This document shows positions 56,171 to 64,000 of a stretch of 64,000 nucleotides of DNA, one piece after another (positions within the stretch are counted from its first letter, which is position 1; each line of letters opens with the position of its first letter). The stretch is from NCBI GenBank assembly GCA_965262115.1, contig OZ253496.1, positions 1,344,001 through 1,408,000 of the forward strand. Direction: 5' to 3'. The notes under the pieces were generated by a model. That model was not told the DNA's origin. It saw only the letters and a program-made list of their open reading frames with translations, and ran no database searches. The DNA is from Nitrospinales bacterium (GTDB lineage: Bacteria > Nitrospinota > Nitrospinia > Nitrospinales > VA-1). Made by a program: the position numbers and the translations under genes.

Positions 56171-56512
56171 TTTTAAAGCTCCTCAGGAAAATAATTAAAA
56201 TTTGCTAGTTTTAGCCATTTTTATTAAGTAACGCACTAGAAAATAGCCGAAAAAACAACAAAAACCAATATTTTCAACGAATTAAAAATTATTTTTGCTG
56301 GAAATGTCTCTAATGGTGCTATAAAATTCTTTATTTTGTTAGTTTTTTATTAAAAACTTTAGTTTGGTTAAGTAAATCTAGAGTTTCTTAACTAAGAATC
56401 CACCCTTCTCTCTATATTTTCGTTTTTTATTCGTTTTAATGCACCGATATATTATGAGAAAATACACGAATCGGGAGGTTTCATTTTATCTAATTTCCCC
56501 TTATAAATATGA

Positions 56513-57319
56513 GTGCTAAAGTTAGGCTATTCATTAAATAACCTTCGGTACCTGTCGAAAACCAAAAATCTCTTGCAACAAAAAAACACACAAAACTGGG
56601 CTTGGAACCTTGCGGTCATGATGAGCTTTATTTTTCTGCTTTATCTGCCCACAAAAGAAACCTTCATAGGCAAGGAGCAAACCGGCGGTTACTTGGAACT
56701 GCTTTTGCTTTTACCCTCTGGTGTGTTTTACACACTTCTCGTCACCCTGCTGGGCAGTGCCAGCGCCATCGTGGTAGGATTGTTGGTAGGGCTGGGAAAG
56801 CTCTCGGACAATCCTTTCATACGAATCCCGGTTTCTTTTTATACAGAGGTGTTACGTGGTATTCCTCTGCTGGTGCTTTTATTTTATATTTATTATGCCT
56901 TGGGAGAATTCATTCATATGCCGGCACTGGTTGCGGCAGTGGCGGGATTCGGCTTCAGCTATGGAGCTTATATGGCAGATGTGTTTCGCGCCGGTATTGA
57001 AGCGGTTCCCAAAGAGCAGGGCGAGGCCGCACGCAGTCTCGGCATGAATGAAAAACAGGCCATGTTTCAGGTCGTTCTTCCGCAGGCCCTGCGTACTATT
57101 ATTCCCGCTATTGGCAACCAGACCCTGGGTATGTTGAAAGACACCAGCCTGGTTTCGGTGCTGGCCATTTCCGATATCCTTCGGGTCGGCAACGAATATG
57201 CCACCAAACACTTCAATTATTTTGAGACCTATACCTATGTGGCTTTGACCTACTTGCTTCTCACCCTTTTACTTTCCCGCCTGGTACACAAACTTGAATC
57301 CCGCTACCGGCCTCACTAG
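56513..57319 (+). CDS. Polar amino acid ABC transporter permease (start uncertain)
   Basis: YTEVLRGIPLLV, AYMADVFRAGI, QGEAARSLGM, VVLPQA, LKDTSL. Confidence 0.92.
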   Translation: MLKLGYSLNNLRYLSKTKNLLQQKNTQNWAWNLAVMMSFIFLLYLPTKETFIGKEQTGGYLELLLLLPSGVFYTLLVTLLGSASAIVVGLLVGLGKLSDNPFIRIPVSFYTEVLRGIPLLVLLFYIYYALGEFIHMPALVAAVAGFGFSYGAYMADVFRAGIEAVPKEQGEAARSLGMNEKQAMFQVVLPQALRTIIPAIGNQTLGMLKDTSLVSVLAISDILRVGNEYATKHFNYFETYTYVALTYLLLTLLLSRLVHKLESRYRPH

Positions 57320-57516
57320 CCCCAGCGTGACGCTGGACTCAAAATCTAAGGACACAGTTTATTTAGCCGAGATAACTCTTTGCTCACCAAACAGAGTTAT
57401 TACCAGCTGGCCCCACGCCTAGTGGTATTTTTCAGGTATTCCGTGACATCAAGTTGGAGAGATTATATATTAAGAATAACGAGGATTTTTGTGTTCAACC
57501 GGGGGAGGAGGGAAGA

Positions 57517-57795
57517 ATGAATACCGCATTGGAAGGTGAGAAAAAAGTGGCCGCAGAGGACTATTTTCTGTTGGCAATCCGAAACTGGGATGACAAGCTG
57601 AAGGATTTTTTACCTGTTGGCGATCCATCAACAACCACTCAAACCTTCAACGAGTACCCTAACGCAGAAAAAGCTTTCTTTTCAACGAATCATGAAAACT
57701 ACCCGCAGGCGGGGGGAAAAGATGTCAAACTTGAATTGCTACATATGCGTTTTGGCATCCCGCATATAGTACGAAACCGCATCCTGTTTCCCTAA
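57517..57795 (+). CDS. Hypothetical protein
   Basis: 92-aa ORF with a GGAGG RBS; no family recognised. Confidence 0.6.
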   Translation: MNTALEGEKKVAAEDYFLLAIRNWDDKLKDFLPVGDPSTTTQTFNEYPNAEKAFFSTNHENYPQAGGKDVKLELLHMRFGIPHIVRNRILFP

Positions 57796-57954
57796 GTCGG
57801 CTGCTTGTTCTCCAGTTTCTGAATCAGCGACTGACCAGACCCCGTAATTTATACCAGATTTAGGATTCCGGGGGGTACCTTGGCAAAGATCGTTCCCATT
57901 GAATCCCTAGGTGTTATACTATATATTGTAGTGGTAAATTCTTACCTTTAATTT

Positions 57955-58312
57955 GGGGGCGCTCTGGTTTCGACGGGAGAGCTGATACAAAGGTTGCATG
58001 CACGGGATGCCGTTGGCCCGTAAAAAAACGGCTTTTACATAATCGCCAACGATTATGATGTAGCTGTAGCCGCTTAATTTAATCGGTTACCGTCCGCCGC
58101 GTCCATGTTCGCGGGAAGCGGGTCGGACGTCATTCAGCGAACTGGTTTGGGCCGTATGTTCCGGGCGGGCTGAACGAGATTTTTAGGAACTGGCTTTGGC
58201 TTAATCCTGCCTTGGGAGTTGGTCGAAGCGAGATTTAAAACAAAGGATAAGCATGTAGACGCCTTTGCTTAAAACCTTTCGGACGGGGGTTCGATTCCCC
58301 CCGCCTCCACCA
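57955..58312 (+). ncRNA. ssrA: tmRNA; tag peptide ANDYDVAVAA
   Basis: 5' GGGGGCG...GGTTTCGACGGG and 3' GACGGGGGTTCGATTCCCCCCGCCTCCACCA; tag frame 58045-58077. Confidence 0.97.
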
Positions 58313-58730
58313 CTGCTCACCGCAGGGGCAAAGTTTAATGACCTATTAAGCCGAGAGGATTGTTGCTGGCAGTAAAAAGCTATTGCTAATCGGCCCTACG
58401 CCTAGTGGCTGCTCGCCGCAGGGGCAATAGGTCAATGCACACCAAGCCTGCAGATGGTATTGCCCACTCAACTCTGGTCTGCAGTTATTTCCTCCCATGT
58501 AAAAGGTGCTCTTTGCAGGGGCGTGGTATTCTTACGTAGCTGTGATGCCTCTTCCTTAAACTTCATGCCCCGTAGGGGGAGAACGGCTACAACTGGCTGT
58601 CCCTTCCTCTTATTTTAGAGATTGTTTGAGCGCGGCAAAAGGTATACAAGTTACCCGCGGAGGTACTCCACTGAATCCAGCGTCACGCTGGCCTCCGCCG
58701 CAAATGGCGGGGCTCTATGACCATAGCTTT

Positions 58731-58907
58731 CTATAAATTATTTTTCCTTTCCTGAATTTCAGCTCTTCTGGTCTTTGCAAGTTTTCCAAGCTCACCCAAA
58801 GCTTTACGAGCACGGGCGGCGGCGTATTTTATATTTTTAGTTTCAAAACTCTCATTTTCCGCAAGGTAGTTTTCGTAAGCAGAAGTAATTTGTTCATGCG
58901 TTGCCAT
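58731..58907 (-). CDS. Small basic protein, histone H1-like Hc1-type (tentative)
   Basis: 58 aa, below the ORF-track cutoff, with an AGGAG RBS: MATHEQITSAYENYLAENESFETKNIKYAAARARKALGELGKLAKTRRAEIQERKNNL. Confidence 0.75.
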   Translation of the reverse strand: MATHEQITSAYENYLAENESFETKNIKYAAARARKALGELGKLAKTRRAEIQERKNNL

Positions 58908-59341
58908 GTTTAACTCCTAATATTTAAGGTTGTTGTATTCAAAACCAAGTAAAGAATTAGCACACTACCTTTGATCTATACAACTTAAAAAAATTCTTTG
59001 TGATTGGCTCACCCAGAATTTTATACCCGGCTCTAAGTTCATAATTTAATATTTTATCGCCTGGGCGCTGCCTCCACCTGCTTTTAATTTACAAGCAATC
59101 ACCAAATTTTCAATGGTTCATGACAGGTTTTGAGTTAAAACTGTCTAAAATTCATACTCGAATATTTCGCCATTACCCCACCCATTTTTCTTGGTATTTA
59201 TACTAACTTGCACAGAAATATTGCTTTCAAGGAAGTCAGTGTGTCATTTTTACTGACGTAAAATCAAACATTTTAGCCATATTATATAGTTCTATGTTAT
59301 ATTCCCATTCAATATCACATTAACAGTCAGGAATCCTAGGG

Positions 59342-59761
59342 ATGTCAGAAATAGGAAGGCGTTTTTCTCTCGACAAGGTGTCGGTTGACCCGAAACTTAA
59401 AAACCGAATTTTTTCAGCAGATGGGGATGACCATATCGGCGATTGGGATGGGGAATGCATTGATGACCTGATAAAAGAAATCGACCGTATTGAAGAGCGG
59501 ATGGACCCCAATTATTCCAGCCTGCCGCACTCTACTAATATTCCCGATGATTTAAAAAAAGAGGTTGCGAAGGATTGTCCTATTTGGACCTGTGACAAAA
59601 AAGGCCGTTGCCTGGTGGGTGATGCAGGGTCAGAAATTAAAACCGTTGATGAAATCAGGAGCCACTATATCAATAAATATGGAAGTGTTGATAAGTTTAA
59701 AGACAAATTAAGAATCGAACGGGAAAAGTTTATTCAAGAAGTCAAAAGCAGGTCCGAATAA
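59342..59761 (+). CDS. Hypothetical protein
   Basis: 139-aa ORF containing CPIWTCDKKGRCLVG; no family recognised. Confidence 0.7.
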   Translation: MSEIGRRFSLDKVSVDPKLKNRIFSADGDDHIGDWDGECIDDLIKEIDRIEERMDPNYSSLPHSTNIPDDLKKEVAKDCPIWTCDKKGRCLVGDAGSEIKTVDEIRSHYINKYGSVDKFKDKLRIEREKFIQEVKSRSE

Positions 59762-59776
59762 GTAATATTTTAGCTT

Positions 59777-59835
59777 TATTCCCCAGAATGACAAAATAGC
59801 CTTGTATTGTCATTCTGAACGCAGTGAAGAATCCC
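59777..59835. repeat. Degenerate REP-like inverted pair, as found inside the MITEs
   Basis: CAGAATGACAA...TTGTCATTCTGAACGCAGTGAAGAATC matches 36802-36848 and 42841-42865. Confidence 0.75.
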
Positions 59836-59972
59836 CAAGCCTATGCAAGGCGAGATTGCCCCTTCGGGGGTCAGGCCTATTTTCATTTGGATTTATAATC
59901 TTTTTCTTCATGATATAATCCAACACTTGGGAAATTACCAAATTTTATTAACCCTTTTTTGGTGAGGGAGTG

Positions 59973-60290
59973 ATGGAGATTATTTCTATCGATGAATTGC
60001 ATGACAAGGTCCAACAGATGGGTAAAAACGATTTAATTCTTGATGTCCGGTACCCCGAGGAGTATTCAACAGGGCATATTGAAGGATCTCAAAATACTCC
60101 CCATGAAGAAGTCAGCACTATCGCGGAAGACCTGAAAAGTTACGACAACATCTATGTCCATTGCAAAATGGGCGGACGAGCCAAAATGGCTTCCGAGTCA
60201 TTGATCAATGCCGGCCTGGACAATATTGTTTGTGTGGGAAATGGAGGTATGGAACGCTGGATGGAGATGAATTGGCCGGTGCAAAAGTAA
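59973..60290 (+). CDS. Rhodanese-like domain protein
   Basis: ILDVR.PEEY..GHIEGS, active-site HCKMGGRA, GGM..W. Confidence 0.92.
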   Translation: MEIISIDELHDKVQQMGKNDLILDVRYPEEYSTGHIEGSQNTPHEEVSTIAEDLKSYDNIYVHCKMGGRAKMASESLINAGLDNIVCVGNGGMERWMEMNWPVQK

Positions 60291-60429
60291 GTACCGGCGA
60301 ACCGCCGGTTGCAGATGCACAAACTCATTAAGCCAAGATAAGCTTTTGCTAGCGCGACATGATATTTTTCATTAAAGTTTGTGCCTCGCAGGGGTATAAA
60401 ACTATCGCTAGTTGGCCCCACGCTTAGTG

Positions 60430-60488
60430 AAAAATAAACCCAGGAAGAGGAACCGCGTGAGCGGCTTCTCCCCTGGGTTTATTTTTTT
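60430..60488. terminator. Bidirectional rho-independent terminator-like hairpin after nxrC
   Basis: AAAAATAAACCCAGG...CCTGGGTTTATTTTT between convergent genes. Confidence 0.75.
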
Positions 60489-60511
60489 GGTCTGTGCGGA
60501 TTACTCCGCGT

Positions 60512-61498
60512 TTAGTACTGCAGTTCATTCCACTGCGTTACAGCCTTCTGACCATTTCTTTCTTTGTTCTGACCATTCCAAACCGCAATCGCCATCGGAG
60601 TTTTTCCGCTGGTGAACTGCGAGTCATTAGAATCGCCTGTGGTCAAAGAACGTTTGAAAACAACTGACCAACGGTTGTTAGACCAGTTGCCGTTTCCATC
60701 AACATCCTGATGAGCCTGAGTGGTCAGGGTACTAAACCCTTCTGCATTCATATCTTCAACAGAAGAAACACGCATGGCTGCATCAGCGAGGATGTTACCG
60801 GTAGCACGCGCCGGATTAAAAACACCCTCGTTTTTACCCATGCCATAATCAACATAAGAATTACGCTTGCTGATATTGCCAGCTCCCTGGGTCTTTCCTG
60901 CAGTTTGTTTAGAGCCAGTATTGGTAGCAAAATCTTTACCAGTCAGCTTGCCTCCGGGCTCATACATATAGTAACTACCGGAACCCATAGCCATGAACTT
61001 ATATTGATCTTCCATGTCCAGCATGCCAATGTTGCCAGATTTTCCAGCGCCTTCTTTATCCCAGGTCGCTTTCCACTGCCAGATATTAACACGCTCGCCA
61101 TCACCACCCATTGTGAACGGAGGCTCTTCGCCAGTCTGGTTCACAGGGAACATGATAGCTGCTTGATCTTTGTACTGCTGAGATTGAACCATAATGTCGT
61201 TACGAGTCGAATCTGTCCAGCTCAGACGAACTGCGATTTCCTTACCGTTAGTTACGGCTCGAACGTTCACCCATTTGGTCGCCGGAGCGGGCCACATGGG
61301 ATTGGTGATCATTTGAGGATCCAGATCCACAACAACGTGCTTGTGGAAAGTAGGACCATAACGAGTCCAGAAAGGATCATCCGCATTGATCGGAATATTC
61401 CCCTGAACTTTTACAGCTTTGATGGTGGCCGCATTCGCGCTGGACATACCCAGAACGAAAGCAAACAACATCATAAATACAATAGTCTTTTTACTCAC
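60512..61498 (-). CDS. nxrC: Nitrite oxidoreductase gamma subunit candidate (EbdC/DdhC-like heme b domain)
   Basis: Sec signal peptide; LSWTD, YKDQAAIMFP, PFTMG, VNIWQWKA, AEGFSTLT, AVWNG...ERNGQK; directly after nxrB. Confidence 0.85.
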   Translation of the reverse strand: MSKKTIVFMMLFAFVLGMSSANAATIKAVKVQGNIPINADDPFWTRYGPTFHKHVVVDLDPQMITNPMWPAPATKWVNVRAVTNGKEIAVRLSWTDSTRNDIMVQSQQYKDQAAIMFPVNQTGEEPPFTMGGDGERVNIWQWKATWDKEGAGKSGNIGMLDMEDQYKFMAMGSGSYYMYEPGGKLTGKDFATNTGSKQTAGKTQGAGNISKRNSYVDYGMGKNEGVFNPARATGNILADAAMRVSSVEDMNAEGFSTLTTQAHQDVDGNGNWSNNRWSVVFKRSLTTGDSNDSQFTSGKTPMAIAVWNGQNKERNGQKAVTQWNELQY

Positions 61499-61640
61499 AG
61501 GAATCCCTCCTCGTTGTTACCGTTTACGGGCAATTAAAATTTACGCCCCACACATCGCAAACGCATTGGTCCGGGCGGGGGAAAACCCCCGCCCATTCCA
61601 AATTATTTACGCTGCTATCTTCAGAGCGTCGTATCGCTCC

Positions 61641-62918
61641 TTAGATTGCGCCCGGATGCTCTTCGGGTCGTACATAGAAAGGCTCTTCAACCGTAACACG
61701 GATGATTTCTTTACCTTTCCGGTTAAACCCGATAACCGTATCATTGTACATTTCAAACTTCTTACCGTGAATGTTGGTCTCGAAAATTTTCGGACCTGGC
61801 TCACGTTTCCATTTGAAGATGATACGCTGTGTCGTCCGGAACAACTGCAGAACGCCCAACAGGTCGCGATCGGGAACCATGTACTGATCGATAGAATGAT
61901 CAACACCCGGTCCGAACATCTGTTGAGAATACGCCCGAGGAACGTGCCGTGACGGAATGTAATATCCGTTAGGCTCCGTACCCAGTTGCGGATACAACGG
62001 TAAGGCCACTTTCCGGTCCCGAATCAGATAGTACTGTGGGTTATCCGGATCATGGGCCCATTCGCCATTGCTGCCGATTTTGACCAGACCCTGTAAACGG
62101 ATCTTGCCAACACAGGCCGCCATACAACGCGTCTCCATCTGATCACCTTCCGTCAGAGGATCAAGACCCTCAATACGGGGATAACAGGCGATACATTTCT
62201 CAGAGATTCGTGTCGTACCACGAAACATAGGCTTCTTGTAAGGACACTGCTCTACACATTTTTTATAACCACGACAACGACTCTGATCGATCAGAACGAT
62301 GCCATCCTCTTGGCGTTTGTAGATTGCCTTTCGAGGACACGCCGCCAGACAACCCGGGTACGTGCAATGGTTACAAATGCGTTGCAGATAGAAAAACCAG
62401 ATTTTATGCTCCGGCAATACTGACCGTGTGCCGTTGTCGCCACCGAATGTTCCCTCGCGGGACTGGGTGAACTCACGACCATGAGCGGTATCTTCACCGA
62501 AGTTCGGGAAGCGCCACTCTTCATCAGTCGGTACATAACCGATTGCTTGCTGGTTCAAACCGATCTTGGCAGGAGCTTCGAAGATGGTAACACCTTCGTA
62601 AACACCATGGATCGCTTTGTTAGAGGTCTTACGTACATTCCAGACATTCTGTCCGGGATTAGACTGCTCCAGCATTTTCAGGATCTTCCAATCCCAAAAC
62701 TGAGGATAGCCACCGTAAGGCTTCGTTTCTACGTTATTCCACCACATATACTCCTGGCCCTTCGAGAAGGTCCAAGTAGATTTATGGGCCATTGTACAGG
62801 TCTGACAAGCAATACAACGATTCGTATTAAATACGAACGTGAACTGCTCTTTCGGATGCTTTTCGTCGTAGACGTATGTAGACATCCGACCTAGCTGCCA
62901 GTTATAGACTTCAGGCAT
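61641..62918 (-). CDS. nxrB: Nitrite oxidoreductase beta (Fe-S) subunit
   Basis: MPEVYNWQLGR...CIACQTC...WWNNVETKPYGGYP, CNHCTYPGCLAACP, CRGYKKCVEQCPY, CIACYPR. Confidence 0.96.
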   Translation of the reverse strand: MPEVYNWQLGRMSTYVYDEKHPKEQFTFVFNTNRCIACQTCTMAHKSTWTFSKGQEYMWWNNVETKPYGGYPQFWDWKILKMLEQSNPGQNVWNVRKTSNKAIHGVYEGVTIFEAPAKIGLNQQAIGYVPTDEEWRFPNFGEDTAHGREFTQSREGTFGGDNGTRSVLPEHKIWFFYLQRICNHCTYPGCLAACPRKAIYKRQEDGIVLIDQSRCRGYKKCVEQCPYKKPMFRGTTRISEKCIACYPRIEGLDPLTEGDQMETRCMAACVGKIRLQGLVKIGSNGEWAHDPDNPQYYLIRDRKVALPLYPQLGTEPNGYYIPSRHVPRAYSQQMFGPGVDHSIDQYMVPDRDLLGVLQLFRTTQRIIFKWKREPGPKIFETNIHGKKFEMYNDTVIGFNRKGKEIIRVTVEEPFYVRPEEHPGAI

Positions 62919-63000
62919 TATCGTACCTCCTTATTAACATTGGTTAGACGTTGAAATACCAAATGGCGGCCCTCCCGAAATTTGGAGGACCCCATTTTGC

Positions 63001-64000
63001 TTAGATCTTCACACGGATATACTGACCCGCCAGATACATCTCGGCAAAACGGTCTTTCAACGGTGATTCTGGGGTGTAACCCGTTCGTACGGGCTCCCAG
63101 AGTCCTTTACCATGCAAACCACCATCTTCAGCTTTGGAGAATTTAACCAGCGTTTCTTTCGGTACTGCATTAACCGCATGGTTATCAGCTTCATAGCCGT
63201 GTTTGAACTTCATCTTGGTTTTTGCTTTATGGAACAGACTGTCAGTCTGATGCATCGGCATCAACCAGGACCGCGTGATGGACTGCTGACCACCATACCG
63301 GAAGTTACTCTGGTAAGGAGTGGTCATTGACATCGCGCGTCCGTCAGGCCGTTCTTCATGTGCCTTAACAGTACGCTCGGTGGCGATCCACGTTGCGTGC
63401 TTCATCATGGTGGTGTGATACGGATATGCCGGGTTGTACTTCGCCCGCAGCATCAGCCGTGCCACTTTATACCTTGGATCTGAAGGTTTCCAACCCATGT
63501 AAGGACGATCCGCAGGATTCGCATCACAATAGATATAGTCACCATCGTTGATTCCAAGATCTTTACACAAGAACGGATTCATGTGTACCTGCCACTCACC
63601 AACACCCGGAGAACGCTTATCCATTCGATAAGGATCACCAAAGTTGTTGTTCCAGATCATGTTCCAGTCAGTGGTTGCCCAGGAACTATGAGCCGTATGG
63701 CGAGATTTAGGTGTAACACAGTAGAACCGATATCCTTTTTCCCACAAGAAGTTCTTGGTCGTACGTACAGCAGACCAAGGTTTCTTGATGTTCCGAACGT
63801 GACGCAGATCCGGATCTTGCTCGTCTTCCGGGATTCCATAGTCATCCGGGCGGATGTAAGGATTGGTGGACACGATTACGTTCGGCAGGTAAGGCGTTGC
63901 TTCTGGGCCTTCCCGATGAACGATGAAGTTTTCACCATACTCAATCGCTTCCGGCTCATCATTGTAGAACTGGATGCGGCCGTTAGGCGTGTAGAATGGT
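63001..64000 (-). CDS. nxrA: Nitrite oxidoreductase alpha (Mo-bisPGD) subunit, C-terminal part
   Basis: PFYTPNGRIQFY...VHREGPEATPYLPN, TPKSRHTAHS, NNFGDPYRMDKRSPGVGE, YQSNFRYGGQQSITR; frame is open to the window edge. Confidence 0.96.
   Translation of the reverse strand, partial: PFYTPNGRIQFYNDEPEAIEYGENFIVHREGPEATPYLPNVIVSTNPYIRPDDYGIPEDEQDPDLRHVRNIKKPWSAVRTTKNFLWEKGYRFYCVTPKSRHTAHSSWATTDWNMIWNNNFGDPYRMDKRSPGVGEWQVHMNPFLCKDLGINDGDYIYCDANPADRPYMGWKPSDPRYKVARLMLRAKYNPAYPYHTTMMKHATWIATERTVKAHEERPDGRAMSMTTPYQSNFRYGGQQSITRSWLMPMHQTDSLFHKAKTKMKFKHGYEADNHAVNAVPKETLVKFSKAEDGGLHGKGLWEPVRTGYTPESPLKDRFAEMYLAGQYIRVKI

Noticed and set aside
59070..59078. GCCTCCACC matching the tmRNA 3' end as an att site
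   Set aside because: Only 9 bp, no integrase nearby, and a similar sequence occurs at about 58691.

Overview
Core-genome segment of a nitrite-oxidising bacterium, most likely Nitrospinota (inferred from the periplasmic-type nxrA-nxrB-nxrC cluster at the right end). It holds rho (partial), a ~31 kb minus-strand translation/transcription supercluster (tRNAs, rpmG-secE-nusG-rplKAJL-rpoBC, str, S10, spc and alpha operons; no rpmD, map or second tuf in place), lpxK with two waaA paralogues, putP, leuS-lptE-holA, rpsT, a defective IS3 element, purD, an amino-acid ABC transporter split by an AT-rich STAND-like ATPase, tmRNA and nxr. The most unusual signal is non-coding: a nested hierarchy of small repeats. 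A 129-bp MITE has 9-bp target duplications, a ~60-bp dispersed repeat also sits in frame inside a gene, and a 39-41-bp element appears precisely inserted, without target duplication, into an IS3, into the MITEs, into other repeats and into itself, usually on the 3' side of small hairpins. All calls were made by eye from the sequence and the supplied ORF track; no database search was run.
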